32,000 bases of DNA from the sequence record CM125389.1; one strand, given 5' to 3'. A model generated the notes under the pieces. The model made no database searches, was not told the origin of the DNA, and saw nothing but the letters and a program-made list of their open reading frames with translations. The first letter of the stretch is position 1. Each line of letters starts with the position of its first letter. Shown here piece after piece: positions 9,766-19,097 of the stretch. Made by a program: the position numbers and the translations under genes.

Positions 9766-9860
9766 GGGGGGGGGGAAGGGGGGGGGCGGGTCCCCCGAAA
9801 TATCCCCCCCTCCTTTGCGGAGCAAAGGAGGGGGTTGCGAGCCGCAGGCGGCAATAAAAA

Positions 9861-9944
9861 TATAGATGACAAGACTTGAACTTGTACAGTTTTTAAACCA
9901 TTCCGGCCTAAACGGAACCTGTCTACCAATTCCAGCACACCTAT
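9861..9944 (-). tRNA. trnL: tRNA-Leu (UAG), long variable arm
   Basis: Acceptor ATAGGTG/CATCTAT; anticodon arm TTCCG-TTTAGGC-CGGAA; T arm ACAAG-TTCAAGT-CTTGT. Confidence 0.88.
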
Positions 9945-9981
9945 ACATATATATATATAGGGCCCCGCCCCCTTCCCCGCC

Positions 9982-9995
9982 CTGCAGTACTGCAG
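9982..9995. repeat. PstI-palindrome core CTGCAGTACTGCAG
   Basis: exact 14-mer nested in a GGGCCCCGCCCC...GGGGCGGGGTCCC hairpin. Confidence 0.97.
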
Positions 9996-10078
9996 GGGGG
10001 GGGAAGGGGCGGGGTCCCCCGAAATATATCTTTATAAAAAAAAAATAAATAAAATATCGGTTAGCTAGCAATAAAATA

Positions 10079-10163
10079 AAAAACTATGCGGATACAGGAT
10101 TTGCACCTATGTCATTCGGACATGAGCCAAATATGTTACTATTACAATAATCCGCATTATTTA
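10079..10163. repeat. ~85-bp direct repeat unit A (contains trnM copy 1)
   Basis: AAAAACTATGCGGAT...CCGCATTATT identical to 11596-11680. Confidence 0.9.
10086..10156 (-). tRNA. trnM: tRNA-Met (CAU), copy 1 of an identical pair
   Basis: Acceptor TGCGGAT/ATCCGCA; anticodon arm TTTGG-CTCATGT-CCGAA; T arm ATAGG-TGCAAAT-CCTGT; identical to 11603-11673. Confidence 0.88.
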
Positions 10164-10337
10164 GAAGCTAGCTTAAGCTAGCTAGCTTCGCCTTTTCGTC
10201 CTAAGTCCTTTGGGTCTAAGGCTCCTGATAAAAAAATATCTTTTTTTTATTAGCTGGCTTAGCTTTAGCTTTACGCTTTAGCTTTACGCTTTACGCTTTA
10301 GCTTTAGCTTGCGCTTATTTTTTTTTAGCTTCCCCCC

Positions 10338-10351
10338 CTGCAGTACTGCAG
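10338..10351. repeat. PstI-palindrome core CTGCAGTACTGCAG
   Basis: exact 14-mer. Confidence 0.97.
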
Positions 10352-10474
10352 GGCGGGGGGACGGAAAAAAAATTAAGCAAAGCCGAAGGCTGAAAGCCTT
10401 CGCTAGCCACCAAAAGCCAAAGGACAGGAGCAGACAAGACTTGACAGTTATTAAACCATTCCAGCCGGCCTGGG

Positions 10475-10522
10475 CCCCACGAATACCCCACACACCTTCG
10501 TGTGTGGGCCGTATTCGTGGGG
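10475..10522. repeat. long GC hairpin CCCCACGAATACCCCACACACCTTCGTGTGTGGGCCGTATTCGTGGGG
   Basis: two-tier inverted repeat (outer CCCCACGAATAC/GTATTCGTGGGG, inner CCACACAC/GTGTGTGG). Confidence 0.9.
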
Positions 10523-10577
10523 TCCCTCGACGGAACCTCTACCCCCATCGCACCAAGGTCCCCATCTTTCCCCCGCC

Positions 10578-10591
10578 CTGCAGTACTGCAG
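10578..10591. repeat. PstI-palindrome core CTGCAGTACTGCAG
   Basis: exact 14-mer; CATAATTAAATGTGATGGGG composite. Confidence 0.97.
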
Positions 10592-10635
10592 GGGGGGGGC
10601 ATAATTAAATGTGATGGGGCCCATATTTCATTTAA

Positions 10636-10708
10636 TGCCTAAGGTAAGACTCGAACTTACAACCAAAGCAGCTTCAAAGCTTTGCTCAACCAATTGAGCT
10701 TCTCAGGC
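10636..10708 (-). tRNA. trnF: tRNA-Phe (GAA)
   Basis: Acceptor GCCTGAG/CTTAGGC; D arm GCTC..GAGC; anticodon loop TTGAAGC; T arm GTAAG-TTCGAGT-CTTAC. Confidence 0.88.
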
Positions 10709-10799
10709 TTATAGAACGGTTAAGTAATCAAATTTAACACAATATTACTTTATTCCGTATCCCCCGTATCCCCCGTATCCCCCTATCCCCCCTCCCCCC

Positions 10800-10813
10800 C
10801 TGCAGTACTGCAG
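10800..10813. repeat. PstI-palindrome core CTGCAGTACTGCAG
   Basis: exact 14-mer. Confidence 0.97.
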
Positions 10814-10929
10814 GGCGGGGGGACGGGGGGATTAGGGGGGGAGGGAGGAACTGGTCGGAAGCCATAATATGACGACTTATTAAACTTCGCAACCCCCCTC
10901 CTCTTCCCCCCCCGCAAACCTGCCCCCCC

Positions 10930-10943
10930 CTGCAGTACTGCAG
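10930..10943. repeat. PstI-palindrome core CTGCAGTACTGCAG
   Basis: exact 14-mer. Confidence 0.97.
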
Positions 10944-10979
10944 GGTGGGGAAGGGGAGGGGGCAAAGGAGGGGGGGAGA

Positions 10980-11051
10980 TGGAGATACAAGGATTTGAAC
11001 CTTGACAAGCAATGAGCAAGATTGCTGTACTACCAATTATACTATACCCCC
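10980..11051 (-). tRNA. trnA: tRNA-Ala (UGC)
   Basis: Acceptor GGGGGTA/TATCTCC (two G-U pairs); anticodon arm GCAAT-CTTGCTC-ATTGC; T arm CAAGG-TTCAAAT-CCTTG. Confidence 0.88.
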
Positions 11052-11134
11052 TTATTAATTGAGTGCGCCATAATAAATATGGAATCTTCCGTTTCCCTCC
11101 CTTCGGGGGGAGTTAATTTTTTTTAGCTTCCCCC

Positions 11135-11148
11135 CTGCAGTACTGCAG
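11135..11148. repeat. PstI-palindrome core CTGCAGTACTGCAG
   Basis: exact 14-mer. Confidence 0.97.
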
Positions 11149-11267
11149 GGCGGGGGGACGGCTAAAAAAAAAATAAGCTGGCTAGCTAGCGGGGCAGCAA
11201 TGTAGCCGCCCCATCATAGTATTCATCTTTATATTTATACATATATTAATAAAAAAGTGTGTGCATT

Positions 11268-11349
11268 TATCCGAAGAAGGACTTGAACCTTCACAGCTTG
11301 AAGCCCACATGTTTTAAGCATGTTATGTCTACCATTCCATCACTCGGAT
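11268..11349 (-). tRNA. trnL: tRNA-Leu (UAA), long variable arm
   Basis: Acceptor ATCCGAG/TTCGGAT; anticodon arm ACATG-CTTAAAA-CATGT; T arm GAAGG-TTCAAGT-CCTTC. Confidence 0.88.
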
Positions 11350-11452
11350 TTAAGTTAACAATTTATATTCACGGCTGCTTATTTAGCTAGCTTCGCACCA
11401 AGCAGCCCTCCTCCCCCCCCCCTCCTGGGCGGGCCCCCATCTTTCCCCCGCC

Positions 11453-11466
11453 CTGCAGTACTGCAG
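11453..11466. repeat. PstI-palindrome core CTGCAGTACTGCAG
   Basis: exact 14-mer; CATAATTAAATGTGATGGGG composite. Confidence 0.97.
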
Positions 11467-11595
11467 GGGCATAATTAAATGTGATGGGGACCTTGAGCAA
11501 AGGAGGGGGTAGCGAGGAGGGGGTAGCGATGAAAATAAATACAAATAGACTAACTTACTGACTATAAAAAATTGTTAACTTTGGGGGCTAGCGCT

Positions 11596-11680
11596 AAAAA
11601 CTATGCGGATACAGGATTTGCACCTATGTCATTCGGACATGAGCCAAATATGTTACTATTACAATAATCCGCATTATTAC
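11596..11680. repeat. ~85-bp direct repeat unit B (contains trnM copy 2)
   Basis: identical to 10079-10163; the units are 1517 bp apart. Confidence 0.9.
11603..11673 (-). tRNA. trnM: tRNA-Met (CAU), copy 2 of an identical pair
   Basis: Same 71 nt as 10086-10156. Confidence 0.88.
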
Positions 11681-11847
11681 CTCTGCGAAGCTAAACATAG
11701 CATTGCGGCTGCTTAAATAAATATGGCTTACTTCGTTAGCAGCTAGCTAGCTAGCATGTAGCTCGCACATATTTATTTAGTGCAGCTAGCTAGTATCTTC
11801 GCAACCCCCCTCCTTTGCTCCGCACCCCCCCCGCAAACCTGCCCCCC

Positions 11848-11861
11848 CTGCAGTACTGCAG
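11848..11861. repeat. PstI-palindrome core CTGCAGTACTGCAG
   Basis: exact 14-mer. Confidence 0.97.
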
Positions 11862-11950
11862 GGTGGGGAAGGGGAGGGGGAAGAGGAGGGGGGAGACCTT
11901 AAATAGGGTACCCTATTTATTACTTTATTTTAGCCCCTAGCTTCGAGGGA

Positions 11951-12001
11951 CCCCACGAATACGGCCCACACACACGAAGTGTGTGTGGGGTATTCGTGGG
12001 G
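11951..12001. repeat. long GC hairpin, same family, flipped orientation
   Basis: CCCCACGAATACGGCCCACACACACGAAGTGTGTGTGGGGTATTCGTGGGG. Confidence 0.9.
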
Positions 12002-12037
12002 CCCCCTCCTCCGTTTCCCCCCCCTTCGGCCCCCCCC

Positions 12038-12051
12038 CTGCAGTACTGCAG
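12038..12051. repeat. PstI-palindrome core CTGCAGTACTGCAG
   Basis: exact 14-mer. Confidence 0.97.
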
Positions 12052-12120
12052 GGCGGGGGGACGGGCTAATTTTTTTTTTAGCAAAGCTAAAAAAAATAAT
12101 GCCTCCCCCCCTTCCCCCCC

Positions 12121-12134
12121 CTGCAGTACTGCAG
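12121..12134. repeat. PstI-palindrome core CTGCAGTACTGCAG
   Basis: exact 14-mer. Confidence 0.97.
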
Positions 12135-12192
12135 GGCGGGGGGACGGGGGGGATTAGGGATACGGGCAAAAGCGGAAGGTAATAAACCGAAA

Positions 12193-12265
12193 TAAGGCTA
12201 AAGTGACTTGAACACTTACAATTACCGTTATGAGCGGTATGCTCTACCAATTGAGCTATAGCCTC
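12193..12265 (-). tRNA. tRNA with CAU anticodon (Met, or Ile if C34 is modified)
   Basis: Acceptor GAGGCTA/TAGCCTT; D arm GCTC..GAGC; anticodon arm TACCG-CTCATAA-CGGTA; T arm AAGTG-TTCAAGT-CACTT. Amino-acid identity cannot be read from the DNA. Confidence 0.85.
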
Positions 12266-12342
12266 TCATACATATAAATATAACTCTCATACATATAAAT
12301 AGACGCCTTGCGGCTCTATATATATATATGTATTTACGTATT

Positions 12343-12414
12343 TAGACTAGGCGGGATTCGAACCCGCGATTTTAGCATTGAAAGAGCTATGTCGTACCAC
12401 TTGACCACTAATCC
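12343..12414 (-). tRNA. trnE: tRNA-Glu (UUC)
   Basis: Acceptor GGATTAG/CTAGTCT; anticodon loop CTTTCAA; T arm GCGGG-TTCGAAT-CCCGC. Confidence 0.85.
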
Positions 12415-12421
12415 TTAAAAT

Positions 12422-12492
12422 AGCCCAGTGCAAGTATCGCACTTGCTTCTATTGATTACAAAACAATTGCATTACTTTTATGCTAACCAGGC
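12422..12492 (-). tRNA. trnT: tRNA-Thr (UGU)
   Basis: Acceptor GCCTGGT/ACTGGGC; anticodon arm ATTGT-TTTGTAA-TCAAT; T arm GCAAG-TGCGATA-CTTGC. Confidence 0.85.
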
Positions 12493-12535
12493 TCATTACC
12501 CCCCTCCTTGGCGGGCCCCCCATCTTTCCCCCGCC

Positions 12536-12549
12536 CTGCAGTACTGCAG
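12536..12549. repeat. PstI-palindrome core CTGCAGTACTGCAG
   Basis: exact 14-mer; CATAATTAAATGTGATGGGG composite. Confidence 0.97.
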
Positions 12550-12614
12550 GGGGGGGCATAATTAAATGTGATGGGGACCTTGAGCAAAGGAGGGGGTAGC
12601 GAAAATGTAAGATA

Positions 12615-13165
12615 TATTAATCATTCAGTTTTTTATAAAATTAGTACTTAGTTCCTTAAAATCTCTAGATTATTACAAACTAAGCCTATTAACGTAATAT
12701 TTTCTTACGTATATTTAAGAAATATCTTAAGGTAAATTTCGTGCCTATATGCTTTCAGCACTTATTTTTGACTAACTTAGCTTTCCTGCCATGCTTATGC
12801 TATTGTATTTACTCAAGTGACGGTAACATCCCTGTAATATCCTTGCGGAGCATCACACATGAAATTAATATAAGGCACATAAACAACAGGTAAACCAGAG
12901 GTTAATAAAACTGTTATACAACTAGGTATAACAATAGTACCCCATGTTCCTTTCGTACAAAGGTTAATCCTTATTATATTCTAATTCCCTCTAGAAGATA
13001 GAAACCATACTGTCTCACGACGTATTTAACCCAGCTCATGTAACTTTTTAATCGACGAACAGTCGTACCCTACATAGTTTCTGCATCCATGAGGATTAGT
13101 CAAGCCGACATCGAGGTGCCAAACCGCGCACTCATTTTGTACACTCTTGCGCAAATTAGCCTGTT
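12615..13165 (-). rRNA. rnl: large-subunit rRNA, 3' exon
   Basis: Begins AACAGGCTAATTTGCGCAAGAG (E. coli 2450 region). Then TTTGGCACCTCGATGTCGGCTT, GAGCTGGGTTAAATACGTCGTGAGACAG, GTACGAAAGGAAC, GTGCTGAAAGCATATAGGCACGAAA. 3' end estimated, plus or minus 20 nt. Confidence 0.85.
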
Positions 13166-13348
13166 CAACTTGTTATCATATTGATTTATTTCCATCATTC
13201 ACATAATGGTTCAGACTATTTCTTCATTTCTTTTTTATATGTATTTTTATTAGTTAATCTTAATGTAATATAAACAACCTACCCCTCAACAAACCCCCGC
13301 AAGCTTGCGGGGGTTTAGAAGTGGCACTTCCTAATCCCCCCTCCCCCC

Positions 13349-13362
13349 CTGCAGTACTGCAG
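13349..13362. repeat. PstI-palindrome core CTGCAGTACTGCAG
   Basis: exact 14-mer, in the rnl intron downstream of the rps3 stop. Confidence 0.97.
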
Positions 13363-13390
13363 GGCGGGGGGACGGGGGGATACGGGATTT

Positions 13391-14917
13391 CTATTTACCG
13401 CTAACTCAACCTTTTACTGCAAAAGCTCCAATACGACGTTTAGATGTAAATATTGAATACTCTACATTAGGTTTAGCATAACCTCTCATATTTACAGATG
13501 ATAACCCTTTATATGACGAATCTAGATTTTTTAATCCACCTTTTCATTTTACTTTAAATAAAGATCTATCAGCTCTATAACGTTTAGTTAATCTACCTTT
13601 AATTTCCAGTCTTAGACCACCCATATTTTTATAATTTATAGAATTAAATATGATTTGATATATTTTTGCATATTTTTTGGCCTTAGCGAAGCTAGAAACT
13701 TTAGGCTGCGCCTTAGCATTTCCTCCTAGCGAAGCTGCGCCTGCGCCTTTCTGAATAAATTTAGTAGGCGAGCCTCCACTCTTTGAGTGGAAGGAAGGCT
13801 GCTCCCCCTTCGGGGAGCGAAGCGCTCATACCCCTTTTTGGCTGACTAAAAGAACATTATAATATAATTTATTTAACAATTCAGATAAATTATTACGCTC
13901 CGCGTACGAAGCATCATTTAATATAAAACTTAAATTGAGATTTTTAAACTTATTTTCTAATAAATTTCAATCTACACTTTTTATTAAGGAAGCTTTTTCC
14001 TGAACTCTATTTATTTTAGGTAAATTTGCCTTATTTAATATAACATCCATAATTTTTATTACACGGGCATTCCTGTTTTTCAATTTAAGTGCTAATATTT
14101 TAGTCAATATATCACTATTAAGAAGAAAAGATCTCATATTTACAATATTAAACTCTACTTTTTTATTATAATACTTCATTATTAAATTATTTAATCTATA
14201 TAAAAGTTTTTCTTCAAATTTATACTTATTAAGATCTAATCTTAATTTGTATTTTCTAAGAAGTATTAATTCTTTATATAGGGAAGCTATAATTATTTTT
14301 CTCCAAATATTCACATGAGATTCAGTAATTCAAGGTAATACACCACGTAATCTAAAAGGTAAATACAGATTTGATAATACCTTACCATCCTTATCTACCC
14401 TTATAGGAACACCACTCAATATTACACGTTCACTAAAAGAAATTATTTTATCAAAAACAAAATAAAAAGATTTTTTTAATTTCTTTATTTTTTTATATAA
14501 AGATATCTTTTCTCGATTAAAAGTATACACAGTTAAAATAGCTTTAGTATTAGTATGCTTTATTTCCGCTTTACTAGCATATATTTTATTCAGAGATACA
14601 ACTTTAACTTTAGAAAGTCTCTTTTTTTTGAATAAAATTTTATCCTTAAATTGTAAATTAAAATAATCTTTTATTAAGGAATTAATATTTATATCAAAAA
14701 GAGGTAAATTTTTTAAGTTATTATGATTAAAGACATAAATACTATTTTTTCATTCTTTAGATATAGGAGGGAAATATCTCGTTCTTCCTAGGTCAGAATT
14801 TTTTATCTTAAAAGGTATTAATTTATTATTATTATTATTTATATATTTACTAAAAATTACACTAGCGGAAGAGGAGGCTAAATTTTTATTATTAGTGTTA
14901 GTGTTAGTATTATTCAT
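13391..14917 (-). CDS. rps3: intron-encoded mitochondrial ribosomal protein S5 (rps3/var1 family)
   Basis: 509 codons hand-translated without TAA/TAG (TGA=Trp). ATG 14917-14915, TAG 13393-13391. N/K/I-rich with C-terminal ...GLRLEIKGRLTKRYRADRS...[32 protein letters not shown]. Track ORFs 13967..14314 and 14330..14530 are fragments. Confidence 0.88.
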
Positions 14918-15050
14918 CTTAAATTATTTTACTACTTGCTGATTTATATATTTTATACATAATAAAAAAAAGAAAGTTGGGTGTTAATAAAGGATTATTG
15001 TTAGCATTACTCACCTTATAGTCGTTGAACGATTTTATCTTTTTAGTAGG

Positions 15051-15078
15051 CACTAGCCACTAGCCACTAGCCACTAGC
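15051..15078. repeat. tandem repeat (CACTAGC)x4 in the rnl intron
   Basis: read directly. Confidence 0.95.
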
Positions 15079-15266
15079 GAGCTACACTGTGTGCTAGCAC
15101 CCACCTTATGCTAAGATAAATTTCGCTTCAAATTTACTTAAATTATAAAAGTAATTTTTGAAATTAACCCAATATATTATCAATAATTTTATTTAAGGAT
15201 GGCAATGTTTATAGCTAAATAAATATGTGCGTCCTGTAATTTTTTGAGCTCCTAACCTCCCCCTCC

Positions 15267-15280
15267 CTGCAGTACTGCAG
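15267..15280. repeat. PstI-palindrome core CTGCAGTACTGCAG
   Basis: exact 14-mer, in the rnl intron upstream of rps3. Confidence 0.97.
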
Positions 15281-16618
15281 GGGGGGGGGAAGTGGTAGGG
15301 CCGAGCTTCGCTTAGCCGGAGGCTACCCGCAAGCTTGCGGGGGAAAAAAAAGGACTGCAGGAGCACTAAATTATTAAGGCTACATTGCGAAGGGTGGAGC
15401 TTGCTGAGGCTTCACCTTAGGCCTCATTTGGAGCACCCTTAAATAGAATATTGAAGGACAAACATCCCTAGCGTAGCTTTTCCAAAAATCCAAGATCTTT
15501 CCTTTTTGTATCTTGTGATCCTATGCCCCGCTTACGCGACTGTAAGATTTGTTGTTAATCAAACAGTAAGGCAAGATTAAGCCATTAAGCTTTTTAAGTA
15601 ATAAACATGATTATTATTAAATTTATAATAATAACTACAAAAAAATATTAGAAGCGGATTATTAAATACCGCCCTCATAAGATTTTTTTTTTACATCTAA
15701 TTTCTCTATAAACAAAATCTTACCTAATTTCTTAGAAAAAATATATGTAAATTAATACATATATAATTTTTATACTGTACCCAAGGAATATAATAAATAC
15801 ACTCTATGAATAGCATAAAGATGATTTGATATATAATCACTATAAAAAATTGCAAACATAAATTTATAAATTTTAGACACACCCATTTACTCTTTATGGG
15901 GCCTGTGCCCCGCATAAACTGTCTTCTAACAATTGTTCCTTAATTTAAGGTTTAATAATACGATAGAAAAATAAAGGTGTTTCAATTATATCTTATCGAT
16001 TACCTTTTACACTGGAAATTTTCAGAATCGTATTCAATAATTAGTAACAGTAAAGCTGCATAGGGTCTTCTCGTCTAACTAGAGGTAAACTGTATCTGCA
16101 CAGTTATTCCAATTTCACTGAGTCAATCATAGAGACAGCTGTTGTATCGTTACATCATTCATGCAAGACCGCATTTAACGGCCAAGGCATTTCGCTACCT
16201 TAGGACCCTCACGCTAAGGCCGCCATTAACCGGGGGTTCCTCTGAAACCAAATTTTTTTTCAATTTAGAAAATTCGTTAACCAGCCGGCATCGGGCAGAA
16301 ATCACACTCAATACTTAGACTTATCGTCTTTTTGCAAAGTGCTTTGTTTTAATTAAACAGTCGTACAACAATATTCCATGCTTCTTCCTTTTTACTCGTA
16401 TTAATCGAGACTAATGAGCTCTCCTTATCCCTAAGTTACGGTAGTTAGTTTGCCGAGTTCCTTTATGATTGTTATCTCATTCACGCCTTCGTATTCTCTA
16501 CTAGCTTACTTGTTTCAGATTCTAGGTACGGTTTGTCATTCATTCATTACATGGGGGGGGGTGTGGACTCATCTGTGTTCAGATACACTCTGTTCAGTTT
16601 TGTCCACTCCCCCACATA

Positions 16619-16659
16619 CCCCCCCTCCTTTGCTTAATTGCAAAGGAGGGGGTTGCGAA
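16619..16659. repeat. GC palindrome CCTCCTTTGCTTAATTGCAAAGGAGGGGGTTGCGA inside the rnl 5' exon
   Basis: same element as at 18163-18208; part of a ~100-nt GC-rich block 16555-16660 within otherwise AT-rich rRNA. Confidence 0.85.
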
Positions 16660-18152
16660 TGAAAGGATACTGATCCTTCCTGCACAATTTTCACTTTTAA
16701 ATGTTGGTACCATAAGTATCAAAGCAGCGCACTTCTGCGCGTTATTTTCTCATCGTCATAATCTTCAGATTATAAACTTAGAGGCCGTTACTTGACGTAG
16801 CCATAAGCTTTAGGCGAGACTCTAAGATACCTTTTAGGTACCTTAAACTCTTTTTTGTTACTCATGTCACCATTCTCACTTGAGTTATCATCTATATTTA
16901 GTTATAAAAAAAAAATCTAAGATTCACTCAACGTTCTGCTACCCCATCAAATAACATTAATAGCATATTATTACTAATGTTACATATGGACAAGGTTTCG
17001 GTATATTATTTAGATCCGTTAAATTTTCGATGCTTTTAAGATTTAACAAGTGCTCTGTTACGAGATCTTTAAATTATGGCTGCTTCCAAGCCCATCTTCT
17101 TGTCGACTTATATAAAAACTTTCTTTATTTCACTTAATAATAATTTTGGAACCTTAACTCTTGTTCTGGGCTGTTTCCCTTTTGACATACAACCTTATCA
17201 TTCTATGTCTGATTATTCAAGATTCATCTTTGTCATTCCGAGTCTACATACTCACCGATAAAATCTTCACGATCCCCCGATGTATACAAAAAAAAATGCA
17301 TTTCATACCTAAACATAGGTATGAAAATCTACATCTTGTCTGAGATTAAGTTCTGTACCTACTAAGATGTTACTTAAATTGCCTACTATTATAGGTTTCG
17401 CAGAAAACCAGCTATCCTAGTCAGTGTTGTCTTTCACTCGCTTACCATAGTTCTTCGGATATCTTTGCAACGATAACCCGTTCGGACCTTTATAGTCCTG
17501 ACTATAGTAAGATCACCAGGCTTCGGGTCTAACTTTAGACACTATTCATTATTTTAATGATCGGTTTAACTATGCACATCTATTTATTACCGAAATTGGA
17601 TTGGAAATCCAATTATTGGCTGGCTGCATAGATTATGCTATGTAGCCGCCATACTGAAAACTTATACTAATATTAAATTAAGATTTAATACTAATACTCG
17701 TTACAAAAATAATTATGATTCATTATATTGTTTAATCAGTAAAAACATAAATAAATTCGCTCGCATCTAAAATTAACTTGGTGACCCATTATGCAAAAGG
17801 TACGCTCTCGCTTTCTTATTGCTTGAGCTGCTTATAAAACTACTATTTCAAAGCTTTCCCTCACGGTACTTTTCTCTGTAACTCATGTATTATATTTAGC
17901 CTTTGAGGAAGGTTCCCCACAATATTCAAACAGCTTTAAAGCCATTTTACTTATTTTAATAGGCTGCTCTATTTTCGTTCACACTAATCATAGAATCTCG
18001 TTTGATTTCTTTTCCTGAAGTTAATAAGATATTTCAATTCACTTCGTTTATTAAGTAATTTCTCTAAGAGTTCATATGTTGATAACCTCTAGGACAGACC
18101 AAGGCCGTCCGTAAGTATTTATTCACCTATTCGGCCTAGGATAGGACCGACG

Positions 18153-18218
18153 CAAGTCCCTTCCCCCCCTCCTTTGCTTAATTGCAAAGGAGGGGGTTGC
18201 GAGGGGGACAAGTCCCTT
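18153..18218. repeat. same GC palindrome inside the rnl 5' domain, flanked by 10-bp direct repeat CAAGTCCCTT
   Basis: CAAGTCCCTT at 18153-18162 and 18209-18218 brackets the element at 18163-18208. Confidence 0.85.
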
Positions 18219-18497
18219 AGAGGGGGACCTGGTACTAGCCTAGGTCACCAAGGTGTACGAACCAGGATGCTAACCCGACCCTTGCTCCTCGGTGTCATTT
18301 TTAGGGGTATGATAAAATCATAAACATAAATTAAGTTATACTCTCCTTAATACATAGTGTAGCTATTGGTAGTAGTCTCTTTATATACTTATATATGTCT
18401 ATATATATAAACATAAGCTTTATATCCATTACATTTCTAAGACTTCTTCATTATACAATTAATTAATTCGCTACCCCCTCCTCCACGTCCCCCCGCC

Positions 18498-18511
18498 CTG
18501 CAGTACTGCAG
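18498..18511. repeat. PstI-palindrome core CTGCAGTACTGCAG
   Basis: exact 14-mer. Confidence 0.97.
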
Positions 18512-18552
18512 GGGGGGAGGGGTGGAGGAGGGGGGTAACGTAAACCAACTCA

Positions 18553-18626
18553 TCGGATTACTGTGACTCGAACACAGAAAATCTCCCTCCCAAAGGGAGT
18601 GTCGTAACCAATCTGACTCTAATCCG
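18553..18626 (-). tRNA. trnP: tRNA-Pro (UGG)
   Basis: Acceptor CGGATTA/TAATCCG; anticodon arm CTCCC-TTTGGGA-GGGAG; T arm CTGTG-TTCGAGT-CACAG. Confidence 0.88.
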
Positions 18627-18705
18627 TCATTATTTTTTTTAGCCGGCTATGCATTTTTTTTAGCCACTGAGGCTGGCTTAATTTTTTTTTAGCCGTCCCC
18701 CCGCC

Positions 18706-18719
18706 CTGCAGTACTGCAG
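18706..18719. repeat. PstI-palindrome core CTGCAGTACTGCAG
   Basis: exact 14-mer. Confidence 0.97.
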
Positions 18720-18745
18720 GGGGGGGAAGCTAAAAAAAAAAATAA

Positions 18746-18782
<37 letters not shown>

Positions 18783-18811
18783 GCTTAATTTTTTTTAGCC
18801 GTCCCCCCGCC

Positions 18812-18825
18812 CTGCAGTACTGCAG
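18812..18825. repeat. PstI-palindrome core CTGCAGTACTGCAG
   Basis: exact 14-mer. Confidence 0.97.
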
Positions 18826-18969
18826 GGCGGGGGAAAGATGGGGACCTTGGTATTATGGCTAAATTATTAAGGCTGGCTGGCTGCTTTGCATGCTAAATTT
18901 TTAGCATGCAAGCTAGCACGCTTGCATTATTTTTAATGCTTGGGCCGCCCCCCCCTCCCCCCGCCCCCC

Positions 18970-18983
18970 CTGCAGTACTGCAG
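18970..18983. repeat. PstI-palindrome core CTGCAGTACTGCAG
   Basis: exact 14-mer. Confidence 0.97.
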
Positions 18984-19001
18984 GGCGGGGGGGGGGGGGG
19001 C

Positions 19002-19015
19002 CTGCAGTACTGCAG
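19002..19015. repeat. PstI-palindrome core CTGCAGTACTGCAG
   Basis: exact 14-mer. Confidence 0.97.
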
Positions 19016-19097
19016 GGGGGGAAGGGGCGGGGTCCCCCGAAGCTACAGGAGGCTGTAGGAGGAGGCTAATTTGAATCACCAAACCTTAGTTAATTAA

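Larger units (their letters stand above)
13166..15462 (-). mobile_element. group I intron in rnl at the position equivalent to E. coli U2449, carrying rps3/S5
   Basis: 5' exon ends ...AAAAGCTACGCTAGGGAT| and 3' exon starts |AACAGGC, which together restore GGGATAACAGGC. 2297 nt; last intron nt is G. Confidence 0.85.
15463..18290 (-). rRNA. rnl: large-subunit rRNA, 5' exon
   Basis: 5' region GGGTTAGCATCCTGGTTCGTACACCTTGGTGACCTAGGC. Then GAAGTGAATTGAAATATCTTATTAACTTCAGGAAAAGAAATCAAACGAGATTC, GGTAGCGAAATGCCTTGGCCGTTAAATGCGGTC and TTAGACGAGAAGACCCTATGCAGCTTTACTG. 5' end estimated, plus or minus 30 nt. Confidence 0.85.

Noticed and set aside
8518-12250. Many 60-130 aa ORFs on both strands in the tRNA/GC-cluster region (e.g. 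8518..8739, 9478..9879, 9715..10071, 10309..10608, 10734..11036, 11930..12250)
   Set aside because: Their peptides are dominated by PPCSTAGG, PAVLQGG and LQYCR(A/G)G, which are simply the three reading frames of the PstI palindrome and its C/G arms. They overlap tRNA genes and each other on both strands, and no protein family is recognisable.
15724-17343. Track ORFs 15724..15915, 16450..16662, 17076..17261, 17161..17343
   Set aside because: They lie inside the rnl 5' exon, where conserved LSU rRNA motifs are on the opposite or same strand. They have no protein similarity and low-complexity composition.
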